Part shown: piece by piece, positions 34,903 to 44,389 of the stretch
Layout: each line of letters starts with the position of its first letter
How positions within the stretch are numbered: position 1 is the stretch's first letter
Assembly: GCA_039028495.1 (NCBI GenBank)
Contig: JBCCHY010000002.1
Coordinates: 1-50,682, forward strand
DNA: 50,682 bases
DNA from: Patescibacteria group bacterium
Lineage (GTDB): Bacteria; Patescibacteriota; Saccharimonadia; Saccharimonadales; VXPC01
Reading direction: 5' to 3'
Notes under the pieces: model-generated
Seen by the model: only the letters and a program-made list of their open reading frames with translations
Told to the model about the DNA's origin: nothing
Databases searched by the model: none
Position numbers and translations under genes: made by a program

Positions 34903-35661
34903 ATGAGAGTTTCACTTGCGAACAGAGACGCTTCTGTCATGGTTGATTTAGACACTGACGGGGCTCATGTAACTTGCTTTACCCACAAAGATACCGACGT
35001 ACTAGTACCTAGACCTCCAAGAGCAGGAAACAAGATACGATCAGGCATGTTTATAGCGGATCCCTTTGGCCCTGATTCACCAGCAGCAACAAGCAAACAT
35101 GGCCCGCTTAGACACCAGCCATGGGAGGTAGCAGAGTTGAGACATTATGCCGTTGAGGCCGGAGAGCCATACGCAGATAAAGCCGTTTTAACAACTACGG
35201 ACCGGGGCGTACATGTGCGCGCGAGTTATCGTGTTGAAGAGATGCGCAGCGGTAGCGCTGTATTGTCTGCTAGACTAGCACTAACAAACACACTAGATAA
35301 ACCTGTGCGTAGAACTCCGGGGTACCACCCATATTTGATGGTCAGCCCTGATTATCCTCAGCCCATATTGAATATACTAGGCATAGACCAGGGCAGATTA
35401 GATGAGCCACAAATCATAGATCTAAGCACTCGCAAGAGGGGCGTTGAGCTACAAACACCGGAAGGGTTTATTAACGTAGTGTCGTATGACGGCAGTTTGC
35501 CTCAGTACTGCTTTTGGTCAGACGGTGTGTCTCTATGCGTAGAGCCAACGTCTCATGGGGCTGCAAATAGCAAGCCGGGCAGGCCTTCTAAAAACCAATA
35601 TATTGAGCCAGGCGAAACACGTCGCTTTATGATGTCTATATTCCACAGCATTCGTGAATAG
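34903..35661 (+). CDS. Aldose 1-epimerase-family protein (hexose-6-phosphate mutarotase-like)
   Basis: KHGPLRHQPWEV (the HGfaR..W pattern), GYHPYL and LCVEPTSHG fit the mutarotase-superfamily catalytic His/Glu contexts. Confidence 0.55.
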   Translation: MRVSLANRDASVMVDLDTDGAHVTCFTHKDTDVLVPRPPRAGNKIRSGMFIADPFGPDSPAATSKHGPLRHQPWEVAELRHYAVEAGEPYADKAVLTTTDRGVHVRASYRVEEMRSGSAVLSARLALTNTLDKPVRRTPGYHPYLMVSPDYPQPILNILGIDQGRLDEPQIIDLSTRKRGVELQTPEGFINVVSYDGSLPQYCFWSDGVSLCVEPTSHGAANSKPGRPSKNQYIEPGETRRFMMSIFHSIRE

Positions 35662-35662
35662 T

Positions 35663-37060
35663 TTATATAGCTCTAGACCAAGTTTGGCCATGTGGACCAT
35701 CGTTGAGTGTGATCCCCTGGCTTGCTAGCTGATCTCTGATCTGGTCACTGGCAGTCCAGTCTTTTTCTCCCCTGGCTATTCGACGTTTTGCTACTAGCTC
35801 TTTCTGTTCGTCTGTTATGTCGTCCCTGAGTAGGTCAATGCCGAATATATCCCTAAACCGCTCCAGAGTTCTTTGGAACATTTGGTGGTAGCCTGACTTC
35901 ATGCCGTCTTTATCAATGAGACTAAATAACTTCTCTATCTCTGCCAGGGCCTTGGGCGTATCTAGATCATTAAACAGATGTTCAGCGAACCGGTCCGTTA
36001 TCTCGTAGGTAATATTCTGGTCGTCCGTATCGGGTTCGCCTGGCTGGACCTGCCAGCGCAGGTCAGATGCTTTGCGCCACCTATCCAATCTGGTTTGAGC
36101 CGCATCTAGCGCGTCCCAGCTGAAATCAAGCGTGCTTCTGTAGTGACTCTGAATGACGACTAGACGGAAAACAGTAGGATCATAACCTTTGTCCTCTATT
36201 TGTCTGAGAGTATAGAAATTGCCTTTGCTTTTGCTCATTTTCTGACCGTCTACTAGCAGATGTTCGTTATGGAAGAATATAGTGCTCATGCAACCACTGC
36301 ACAGAATAGAGGATTGAGCGATCTCGTTCTCGTGATGTGGAAATTTTAAGTCTATCCCGCCGGTATGAATATCAATTGGTGTTCCGAGGGAGGCTTCTAT
36401 CATAGCTGAGCACTCTATGTGCCAGCCAGGGCGACCGGTTAGGTCTCTGCCCTCATAGTTAAACCCCCAAGATGGTTCGTTTGGCTTAGCGAGTTTCCAC
36501 AGCGCGAAGTCGCCTGCCCCGTCGTATTCATCATCATGTATACGGCTGCGTGAAGCGTCAGGATCGATGTTTGTGAGTCGACCGTATATGTTGCCTGCTG
36601 AGCTGTACTCACTGATCGAGAAGTAAACACCATCATCGGCTACATATGCCAGGTTTTTATCTAAAAGGTCAGTTACCAGACGCAGCATATCATCTATATG
36701 ATCTGTAGCAGAGACATGCCTGAAACTCGTGGCATGTATTTTTGTCATGTCATCAAGAAAGACAGCAGTATATTTATCTGCCAGTGATTTCAGCGCATCC
36801 ATGGGCTCATGATCTGGGTACTGCGTCTGGCTGTCACGGATCATTTTGTCGTCAACGTCTGTTATGTTCATGACGGCGTCAACATTTAGGCCAAGATCGC
36901 GCAGAAGACGCACAAGTAGGTCCGCATAGATGAATGCGGTTAGATTGCCTATTTGTAGATCGTTGTAAACTGTAGGGCCACATGCATAGATTTTGACGTT
37001 GTCTGGGTCATTTGGTCTAAAGTCTTCGAGTTTTTTAGAGAGAGAGTTGTATAGTTTCAT
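35663..37060 (-). CDS. cysS: Cysteinyl-tRNA synthetase
   Basis: It is a class I aaRS with a YACGPTVY...IGN (HIGH-like) motif, WHIECS, FPHHENE and KMSKSKGN. Confidence 0.9.
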   Translation of the reverse strand: MKLYNSLSKKLEDFRPNDPDNVKIYACGPTVYNDLQIGNLTAFIYADLLVRLLRDLGLNVDAVMNITDVDDKMIRDSQTQYPDHEPMDALKSLADKYTAVFLDDMTKIHATSFRHVSATDHIDDMLRLVTDLLDKNLAYVADDGVYFSISEYSSAGNIYGRLTNIDPDASRSRIHDDEYDGAGDFALWKLAKPNEPSWGFNYEGRDLTGRPGWHIECSAMIEASLGTPIDIHTGGIDLKFPHHENEIAQSSILCSGCMSTIFFHNEHLLVDGQKMSKSKGNFYTLRQIEDKGYDPTVFRLVVIQSHYRSTLDFSWDALDAAQTRLDRWRKASDLRWQVQPGEPDTDDQNITYEITDRFAEHLFNDLDTPKALAEIEKLFSLIDKDGMKSGYHQMFQRTLERFRDIFGIDLLRDDITDEQKELVAKRRIARGEKDWTASDQIRDQLASQGITLNDGPHGQTWSRAI

Positions 37061-37148
37061 TCCTAGCTATTCCTGTTTAGATGGAGTTTATGTCTAATTG
37101 GAGGCTAACAACAACATATAAAATTCATAAGAAGCATAATAGCATATA

Positions 37149-38171
37149 TTACTGCTCAAGCTGGTCAAGGAGTTCGTGGGCTTTGTTTAGCACGTCTTTT
37201 TTGATCTGATCAAAATCGAGATCTGACCCTTCCCATTTAGCCCCACTTGCGTAAGGATGCCCCCCACCACCGAAGTGCTCAGCCAGCTGATCAGCGATCA
37301 AGAAACCTTTGCTGGAGCGTATACGGGCTGTAACTCGGCTTATCTTGTCACCTTGGCTGTATGTTTTAAAACCTACTCCGAGTTTCACTCCTCGTACCAT
37401 GCGCATTTCATCAAGAATAATTGTGGGGTTGTATTGTCCGCCGTATTTTTTGATCTCGTCATGAGGGATCGTGATATGGGCTATGGCTCCGTCCTCACTA
37501 AACACAATTCGCTGCAGCAGCTGACCCCTGTAGGCAACTATGTCTCGTTCTGTTTTGATCTCTTCGAGTCTACGTGCATTGAGCTCGCTCAGGTCTACTC
37601 CTCTCGCCACAAGATCAGCAAGCATCTGTAGGGGCCCTGGCTTACCGGTCAGTGCTTCGCTGGTCAGCCCTAGGGTGTCGCTGAGCGTACTAATGGTTAT
37701 GTATTCGGCAGCTTGTAAGTTGATCGGCAGGTCTAGTTCTGTTGCTAGGTTGTATATAACCTGGCCGGTCGAGACACAAGCTGGGTCATTATAGTCCAGA
37801 TTGGCAAAGTCTATATCTGTTTCGGTCCCGTGGTGATCGAGAATAACCAGACGCTTAGCTTTAAGTGTAGCGAGATCGGTATCTGTCAGGTTATGTAGCA
37901 GTCTGCTATAGCTGTTATCGACCATAATAGCTACGTCGTATGAGCTGGGGAATACGTCCCTAACTCTCGACCAGCCAGACATGTGCTTCAGATAGTCCGG
38001 GACATTAATTGAGCAGTACATATATGTAGATTTACCCATTTCACCGAGGATTTCTTCAAGCGCGAGGGATGAGGCAAGGCTATCGCCATCAGGATTATCC
38101 GCTTGCAGTATCAACACGTTATCAGAAGTGCTGAGTAGGTCGAGTAGTTGAGCCGGGTCACTCATGTTCAC
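37149..38171 (-). CDS. DHH/DHHA1 phosphoesterase (NrnA-like oligoribonuclease/pAp phosphatase)
   Basis: Motifs present are ADNPDGDSLAS, ILDHHGT (the DHH motif) and GGGGHPYASG (DHHA1). Confidence 0.75.
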   Translation of the reverse strand: MNMSDPAQLLDLLSTSDNVLILQADNPDGDSLASSLALEEILGEMGKSTYMYCSINVPDYLKHMSGWSRVRDVFPSSYDVAIMVDNSYSRLLHNLTDTDLATLKAKRLVILDHHGTETDIDFANLDYNDPACVSTGQVIYNLATELDLPINLQAAEYITISTLSDTLGLTSEALTGKPGPLQMLADLVARGVDLSELNARRLEEIKTERDIVAYRGQLLQRIVFSEDGAIAHITIPHDEIKKYGGQYNPTIILDEMRMVRGVKLGVGFKTYSQGDKISRVTARIRSSKGFLIADQLAEHFGGGGHPYASGAKWEGSDLDFDQIKKDVLNKAHELLDQLEQ

Positions 38172-38779
38172 TAGAACTCTCGTCTTCCCTCTAGGGCTCT
38201 AGAGAGTGTCAGTTGGTCGGCATACTCTAGGTCTACTCCAATAGGCAGGCCTTGGGCTAGTCTAGTGAGCTTGACATCAACGCCTTCGAGCGTTGATTGG
38301 ACTAGCATTGCTGTTGATTCCCCTTCTACGCTCGCGTTTGTAGCTAGAATAACCTCGACCACTTTGTCATCCACAATACGTTCCTTGAGCTCGGCAATTT
38401 TGAGGCTTTCTGGCCCAACACCATCAATTGGGCTTAATAGCCCACCGAGGACATGATAAGTGCCAGTGTAGGATTTAGTTGATTCAATGGCTAGGATATC
38501 AAAGGGCTCTGCGACGACCATAACGAGTGTTTTATCGCGTCGTGGATCTGTGTAGAGCTCGGATAGCTCGTCGTCGCTACCTATAATTGCAAAGGTTTTT
38601 TTACAGTAGCCTATGCTGTCATGTAGGTCAGCGAGGGCGCCAGCGAGTAGCTTGGCATTTCTAGGCTGGCCCTTGAGTAGTGAGTATGCGTAGCGTTCAG
38701 CACTGCGTTCTCCTACCCCGGGCAAGACCCGCAAGGCTTCGATGAGTTTAGTTACTGATTTCGGCAGTATCCTGGCCAT
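38171..38779 (-). CDS. recR: Recombination protein RecR (Cys4 zinc finger not conserved)
   Basis: It has the HhH motif LRVLPGVGERSAERYA, the Toprim segment VMVVAEPFDILAIE..YTGTYHVLGG and EVILATNASVEGESTA. Only one Cys sits where CxxC...CxxC is expected. Confidence 0.85.
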   Translation of the reverse strand: MARILPKSVTKLIEALRVLPGVGERSAERYAYSLLKGQPRNAKLLAGALADLHDSIGYCKKTFAIIGSDDELSELYTDPRRDKTLVMVVAEPFDILAIESTKSYTGTYHVLGGLLSPIDGVGPESLKIAELKERIVDDKVVEVILATNASVEGESTAMLVQSTLEGVDVKLTRLAQGLPIGVDLEYADQLTLSRALEGRREF

Positions 38780-38996
38780 ATTGTGCAGTCCTGTTTTTAA
38801 TTATCCTTTGCGCTCTGTGGCGCCTGTAGACGTTTGCTATCTTCTGGGCGGTTCGTGCGACTGGGTTGTCGTCATGGAAGCCCAAGAATGTATCTGGGTA
38901 GAGTCTTAGTGCTCTATCAACGACGTATTGTGCACTAACCTCCCCGATACGTTCCTCGGGTACCATTAGGGCTCTCTCTAGCGATTCTTTGCTCAA
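38748..38996 (-). CDS. Possible small protein (82 aa, TTG start) between ybaB and recR
   Basis: This ORF fills an otherwise 220-nt gap and overlaps the recR start by 32 nt. It has no motif or SD, so it may be non-coding. Confidence 0.25.
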   Translation of the reverse strand: MSKESLERALMVPEERIGEVSAQYVVDRALRLYPDTFLGFHDDNPVARTAQKIANVYRRHRAQRIIKNRTAQYGQDTAEISN

Positions 38997-38999
38997 AGC

Positions 39000-39293
39000 T
39001 TAGAGACCAAGATTCCCCAGCTGCCCCATTAGAGGCTGCATTTTCTCTGCAGCTAGTTTTTGGCTCTCAGCGATTGCTTCTTTGACGGCGTCTTCTACCC
39101 AGCCTTCTAGTTCGCCTATGTCAGTTAGGTCAACTGCATCCGGATCAATGTGAATCTTTTTTATCTTTTGTTCACCCGTGATTTCAACAACGACTGCTCC
39201 GTCTCCACCCTCTATTTCTAGAACTTTTTTCTTGAGTTCTTTCTGTACTTTTTTGACCTGCATCAGTAGCTTGGCCTGGTCCATCTTGCCCAT
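39000..39293 (-). CDS. ybaB: YbaB/EbfC nucleoid-associated protein
   Basis: It is 97 aa. The QVKKVQKEL...GGDGAVVVEITG...I..I.IDP pattern fits the family, as does its position between dnaX and recR. Confidence 0.85.
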   Translation of the reverse strand: MGKMDQAKLLMQVKKVQKELKKKVLEIEGGDGAVVVEITGEQKIKKIHIDPDAVDLTDIGELEGWVEDAVKEAIAESQKLAAEKMQPLMGQLGNLGL

Positions 39294-39335
39294 GTGGAAT
39301 CTCCCTGTATATTTCGCCTCTTATTTTAGCATCTA

Positions 39336-40544
39336 TTAGCGAGGTCGTGAATCGAATGCTTCGGCTGTTTCTGGGGAGCCCGGCCAGGCGACGTAGTACC
39401 TGTTGAGCTGATAGAGTGAACTGGTAGTTACGAGTATAGCGAGTACGAGAGCAGCTAAGATATGCGTTAGCGGGTTACGCGGGAAGACCTTGTTCCATAT
39501 CTGCAGAAACTCCTGGGCCCCACTGATGATAAAGATCGCGATGATTGGCATCATAGCAGCAAAGCCAGCGTATTCAACACCGCCATTAAGGATGAGTAGA
39601 ATTAGTGTTAAAAATAGAGTTCCAAACAGTATCAGGCTGCGTCTTCCGCCGAAGTTTCGCTCATGGTGATAAACCCCTAAAGTGAACATGACGACTCCGA
39701 ATATATCTAGTAGCGGTAAGTCACCAAGCCATTTTGCTGGGTTAAGCGGTGCTCGCCAGAATATAGCTGCTAGTGTGTCGACAAAACCGTTTAGCAAGTC
39801 ACCTGGCGTGGGGACTGATCCCGGGATGCCGAGGATAGCAGCAGTCTGGTCGTAGTTCTGCACCAGACCAACGATTACGAAACTCACGAGCACGATGATA
39901 GTCGTAATGAATATGTAGAGCTGGTTCTTTTTAAGCATCTTTGGCAAAGACTTCCATCTCAGTAGTCCCACAAGGCCGATCAGGATTACGAGCATAGGCA
40001 GCACAGGTAGAAAAACGGCAGACAATAGCAACAGGGCTAGCACTACTCCTGGGAGAAGTTTTTTGGGTCTGTTGATTAGCCAGAGAGCGACCGCCCAGAT
40101 GCTAATCAGAGTTGCTGGGATCAGTATGTCCGGCTCACCACTGCGAGCAGTCTGGAGGAACCAACTGTTAGCGATGAATATTGTAGTCCCGACTATGGCG
40201 ACATTAGAGCTAAACCAACGCCTGATCATCAAGAATAGGCTGAATGTAGCTGTGAAGCCGAGCCCCGCGCTCACTAAACGAGCTGCCAGTACTGGATCAC
40301 TGATGACGGTGCGCATGACATAGACAAGCATGTAATACGGCCAGAACAGGATATCGCTAAATAGACCAGGTAGTGTATCTGTGATCGCAATAGTTGTTGC
40401 TTCTGCGGGTGATTGCCCAGGGAGTAGCCCATTTAGGCGGTAAAGTAGCAGGAATAGGCAGACAGCTAGAAAGATGCTGACACTCACCTCTAGCGGCCAT
40501 TCTCTTTTGACCACCCCCCATAGTTTAGAAAGTTTTACTTTCAT
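39336..40544 (-). CDS. Polytopic membrane protein (about 10-11 TM), possibly a GT-C/ArnT-like glycosyltransferase
   Basis: The hydrophobic architecture alone is reminiscent of GT39/GT83. No catalytic motif was confirmed. Confidence 0.35.
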   Translation of the reverse strand: MKVKLSKLWGVVKREWPLEVSVSIFLAVCLFLLLYRLNGLLPGQSPAEATTIAITDTLPGLFSDILFWPYYMLVYVMRTVISDPVLAARLVSAGLGFTATFSLFLMIRRWFSSNVAIVGTTIFIANSWFLQTARSGEPDILIPATLISIWAVALWLINRPKKLLPGVVLALLLLSAVFLPVLPMLVILIGLVGLLRWKSLPKMLKKNQLYIFITTIIVLVSFVIVGLVQNYDQTAAILGIPGSVPTPGDLLNGFVDTLAAIFWRAPLNPAKWLGDLPLLDIFGVVMFTLGVYHHERNFGGRRSLILFGTLFLTLILLILNGGVEYAGFAAMMPIIAIFIISGAQEFLQIWNKVFPRNPLTHILAALVLAILVTTSSLYQLNRYYVAWPGSPETAEAFDSRPR

Positions 40545-40602
40545 TATTCACTAACTATAGCATGTAGGGTTGTGCCAAAAAGAGCGTGAGCTAGACGTAG
40601 TC

Positions 40603-41973
40603 TCATGCTCCATCCTCAAAGGGGTCTGATGGTTGGGATTGTTTGCGAGATAAACTACGGTAGCGCTGCTTGTTTTTATCAAAGAACAGCTCGACTGTAC
40701 CTGTTGGTCCATTACGATGTTTTTTAATCATGATATCGAGGATGCCTGGTTTTTCGGTTGTTTCTTCATTGTAATATTCATCTCTGTATAGGAAAGCGAC
40801 GACGTCGGCGTCCTGCTCAATTGATCCGGATTCACGTAGATCAGATAGTTGTGGGTGCGCTGGGCTGCGTGACTCCACACTACGACTCAGCTGGCTCAGT
40901 GCTATGACCGGCACGTTTAGCTCACGCGCAATGAGCTTTAGGCCACGGCTTATCTCGGATATCTCCTGTACCCTATTGCCTTCTGCTGCGTAGCGTGTAC
41001 CACCGCTCATCAGCTGGAGGTAGTCAACGACGATTAGGCCTAACTGTCTAGTATGCATTTCACGCCGTGCTTTTGTACGGAGCTCACTGACAGTCAGCCC
41101 GGCCGAATCATCGATATAGAGCGGTGCTTCACCAAGAGTACCCATGGCTTCACCGAGTTTTTCGAAGTCCTTGTCACTCAGGTTCCCGGTGCGGATATTC
41201 CAAGCGTCAACACCTGATTCGACACTGAGTAGTCTGTCAACCAGCTGCTCCTTGCCCATCTCTAGAGAAAAATACAGTACAGGTAGCTGTGATTTAACAG
41301 TGATGTTGTAGGCGAGATTCAATGCAAAAGCGGTCTTACCCATGGCTGGACGGGCAGCTAGTATGAATAGGTCGCTACGTTGAAAGCCTGCCAGCATGTT
41401 GTCGAGGTCTTTGAACCCAGATGGGACACCGCGTATTTTACCCTTGTCTCTATGTAGCTCGTCCAAACGCTCGAAGCTAGCCGCTAGGACACTTTCTATA
41501 CTAGACACGTCCTGCTGAACATGGGTCTGACTGACGTTAAAGAGCTCTGACTCTGCTGATTCGATGACTTCTGAGATATCTTTTGACTCATCATAGCCAA
41601 GGGTAACGAGCTCCTCACTAACCTTTATCAGTCGTCTACGTGTGGATTTACTAGCGACAATCTCTGCGTATTCGACAACGTGGGCGGCGGTCGGCACCAT
41701 ATTGGTGAGTTCTGCAAGGTATGAGGCCCCGCCAACCTGGTCAAGTAGACCGTCCTCTTTGAGCTGGTTACTAACTGTAAGGACGTCGATAGGTCTATGC
41801 TTGTTGAACAGTTTGGTGATGGACTCATAGATGTTGCTGTGCCGCTCATCATAGAAATCTTCTTTATAGACTATGTCAGCGACACGTACGATAGCGTCGC
41901 TATCTACGAATATAGAGCCCAGCAGACTGGCTTCTGCATCGAGATTCTGCGGGGGAATTTTAGGATCTGCCAT
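40603..41973 (-). CDS. dnaB: Replicative DNA helicase DnaB
   Basis: It has PPQNLDAEASLLGS at the N-terminus, Walker A ARPAMGKTAFAL, DYLQLM, SQLSR and the RESGSIEQDAD motif. Confidence 0.92.
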   Translation of the reverse strand: MADPKIPPQNLDAEASLLGSIFVDSDAIVRVADIVYKEDFYDERHSNIYESITKLFNKHRPIDVLTVSNQLKEDGLLDQVGGASYLAELTNMVPTAAHVVEYAEIVASKSTRRRLIKVSEELVTLGYDESKDISEVIESAESELFNVSQTHVQQDVSSIESVLAASFERLDELHRDKGKIRGVPSGFKDLDNMLAGFQRSDLFILAARPAMGKTAFALNLAYNITVKSQLPVLYFSLEMGKEQLVDRLLSVESGVDAWNIRTGNLSDKDFEKLGEAMGTLGEAPLYIDDSAGLTVSELRTKARREMHTRQLGLIVVDYLQLMSGGTRYAAEGNRVQEISEISRGLKLIARELNVPVIALSQLSRSVESRSPAHPQLSDLRESGSIEQDADVVAFLYRDEYYNEETTEKPGILDIMIKKHRNGPTGTVELFFDKNKQRYRSLSRKQSQPSDPFEDGA

Positions 41974-41975
41974 AG

Positions 41976-43508
41976 TTAAGACTCCAATACCTCAGCGCCA
42001 CCAAAGATCTCGCTGATTTCTTCAGGTGGCTGTTTGCCCGCCTGCTTTTTCGAAGGAGTAGATACCTCCTTAGGCTTTGGTTTGGCGGGTTTTTTCGGCT
42101 GGGCAGCGTCTTTTGCCAGGACTATTTCTAGACCATTATGCTCTATACCGAGCGAATCAAGCGAGGAAAGGATTAGCTCACGATTTGACTGGTCGCTGGC
42201 TCTTTTTTGGTGGAATGGGAATTTAAAAAGTAGACGCACCATACCGCCATCCGTGTCTAACTCGGCCATGCGCAAGATGGTATAGAGCGTATTCTTACTG
42301 TCCTTGATATGGCCTAGCACTCTTTGCCAGTCATCCTCGTCTATGGGGTCTGTTGATTTTGGTTTCTTTTTGGTTGTCTCTTTTTCTTTAGAATCAGCTT
42401 TTTTCTTTGTAGCCTTTGTCTTTTTTAGGCTTGGCTTTGGAGTTTTCAGTGGCTTGTCTGGTTGTTCTTGTTCTGGCGCTGTTGAGACGTCCGTTACGTC
42501 ATCACTTGGGGCAGTATCACGCGTAGGTTGCGAAACGACTGGTGAGCTAGTGAGGTTTTCTTCTGGGAGATTCTTGAGCAGTATGATCTCGAGCTCTACC
42601 TCTGGGTCCCTAGATTTGGAGACATTTAGCAGATCCCCAAGTAGTCCAATCATCTTTGCTTGGTTGCTGTGATTTGGCAGTTCTCGCCTGATACGATCGC
42701 TCAGCTGGGCAGCTAAGATCACAGGATCTGCCCCATCGATCATCAGGTTGCGGTAGTCAGTAATAGTGGTGGCGAAATCTCCTGACTCTAGGTTGGACAG
42801 CAGTAGTTTTACCTTAGCGTCATCAGGTAAGCCTAGAACGTTCCTGGTGTCTTCTGAAGTAACGTGTGAGCTCATAGAGCCGAGCTGGTCTAGTAGGCTG
42901 AGAGCGTCTCTGAAGGACCCCCCTGAGTGTTCCGCGATTATCTGTAGGGATTCGTCGTCTATTTTGATGCTTTCTGAGCTGGCAATGGATTTTAGATGAC
43001 CAACGAGTGTGTGATCATCCACGTATTTGAATGTGAAACGTTGACAGCGGCTGACAATTGTTTCAGGGACCTTGTTTAGCTCAGTGGTAGCTAAGATGAA
43101 TATGACGTGTTCTGGGGGCTCCTCAAGAGTCTTGAGGAGTGCATTGAACGCTTCACGTGTCAGCATATGGACTTCGTCGATAATGTAGACTTTGTACTTC
43201 AGCTGGGTTGGGGCGAGGTTGATTTTGTCACGTAGTTCTCGGATTTCGTCGATACGCCTGTTGCTGGCGGCGTCGATTTCGATGATATCTATGTGGAATT
43301 CGTCCAGGTTGTAATCGATCTCGTTTACTTCATGCGCCAGGATACGGGCCACGCTGGTCTTCCCCACGCCTCTGGGGCCGGTGAGTAGGTATGCATGGGC
43401 AATCGCCCCCTTTTTTAATGCTTTTGTAAGAGTACTAGATATATGATCCTGTCCGACGAGATCGGAGAATTTAGTAGATCGGTACTTTCTGTATAACACC
43501 TGTGCCAT
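41976..43508 (-). CDS. dnaX: DNA polymerase III subunit gamma/tau
   Basis: Motifs present are YRKYRS..F..LVGQ, GPRGVGKTS, IIDEVHML, SRCQRF and a Lys/Pro-rich linker. Confidence 0.92.
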   Translation of the reverse strand: MAQVLYRKYRSTKFSDLVGQDHISSTLTKALKKGAIAHAYLLTGPRGVGKTSVARILAHEVNEIDYNLDEFHIDIIEIDAASNRRIDEIRELRDKINLAPTQLKYKVYIIDEVHMLTREAFNALLKTLEEPPEHVIFILATTELNKVPETIVSRCQRFTFKYVDDHTLVGHLKSIASSESIKIDDESLQIIAEHSGGSFRDALSLLDQLGSMSSHVTSEDTRNVLGLPDDAKVKLLLSNLESGDFATTITDYRNLMIDGADPVILAAQLSDRIRRELPNHSNQAKMIGLLGDLLNVSKSRDPEVELEIILLKNLPEENLTSSPVVSQPTRDTAPSDDVTDVSTAPEQEQPDKPLKTPKPSLKKTKATKKKADSKEKETTKKKPKSTDPIDEDDWQRVLGHIKDSKNTLYTILRMAELDTDGGMVRLLFKFPFHQKRASDQSNRELILSSLDSLGIEHNGLEIVLAKDAAQPKKPAKPKPKEVSTPSKKQAGKQPPEEISEIFGGAEVLES

Positions 43509-43610
43509 TGAGATTAGTATATAGGAGTTAACAGGTATTCGTTAGCCTGTGGATCTCACTCACTCCACATCAGGGGTAGATTAGTGGAATGGTTGTGGGG
43601 AGGCTGTGGA

Positions 43611-44120
43611 TTACAGAGCGGCTTCGATTGCGGCCCATTCAGCTTCAGCGTCTTCTTCTGGGACGTTAACGCTTATCTGGTCGCCAGGCTTTGCCTTGAA
43701 GTATGTGACGCTAGCTAGTAGCACGCGGTACTTGCGCTCTGGTGTTTCTACAAAGTAATGCCCATCATCTTGGATCAGTGTGCCGACAATCTGTATCCGT
43801 GGGATCGGTCCGATCTGCTTGTACATGAATGCCCCGTCATCGGCGATTGTTAGCTTGAGGATGTCTCCCTGAACAAGTTTTGATTTGCTCGCATAGTTTG
43901 CAGGCACTGGGTATGTTTTACCGTCGCTGCCGACCATGTTTTGGCCATCAAAGACGCCTTCGATAACCTTGCCTATGTTCTCTTCTTTGTCCACGGTTAC
44001 CGCCTTTGGGTCATCCCCAACTAAACTCACAAGCAACTCTTTTGCTGCCGCCAAAGAGGTCTCAGCCTCTGCTATGAGTGATCGTAGGCGCTTTACCTGT
44101 TTCTCTGGTACATCTGCCAT
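43611..44120 (-). CDS. Hypothetical protein (~169 aa), no recognised domain
   Basis: It is an intact ORF. The ATG at 44120 (MADVPEK) is preferred over the listed GTG at 44153. Confidence 0.45.
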   Translation of the reverse strand: MADVPEKQVKRLRSLIAEAETSLAAAKELLVSLVGDDPKAVTVDKEENIGKVIEGVFDGQNMVGSDGKTYPVPANYASKSKLVQGDILKLTIADDGAFMYKQIGPIPRIQIVGTLIQDDGHYFVETPERKYRVLLASVTYFKAKPGDQISVNVPEEDAEAEWAAIEAAL

Positions 44121-44389
44121 TTTGTTTCTCGCATATTCCCTGTGTCGAACCACACACTTTTGTTTTTATCTGTATCTCACACTTAGTTCTGCTCTCACGT
44201 TAGCATATAGCACAAGGTTTCTCAACCATCAAGGGTATTCTTATCCACAAGTCCACTACAGCGTAAGTGTCGAGTAGTAGAACAGCGTGTAAGCAGGAGC
44301 TAGCTTGCACAACATATGGCAGTTGGCTACAAACCCATAAATACAACCAAGTTGTCACCAAGTATAAAAGGTACTATCATATGTTTATT

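Noticed and set aside
43509-43610. SRP RNA (ffs) expected upstream of dnaX, as in Bacillus-type loci
   Set aside because: I searched both strands for the domain IV motifs (…GGAA…GCA…/AGG…) and found no convincing match. The region is only 102 nt.
43548-44249. DnaA-box-like 9-mers: a perfect TTATCCACA at 44241-44249, TGTGGATTA at 43605-43613 and TGTGGATCT at 43548-43556
   Set aside because: Only one is perfect, they are spread over 700 bp, no AT-rich unwinding element or dnaA/dnaN lies nearby, and a single perfect 9-mer is not unexpected by chance in 50 kb on both strands. This is not enough to call an origin.
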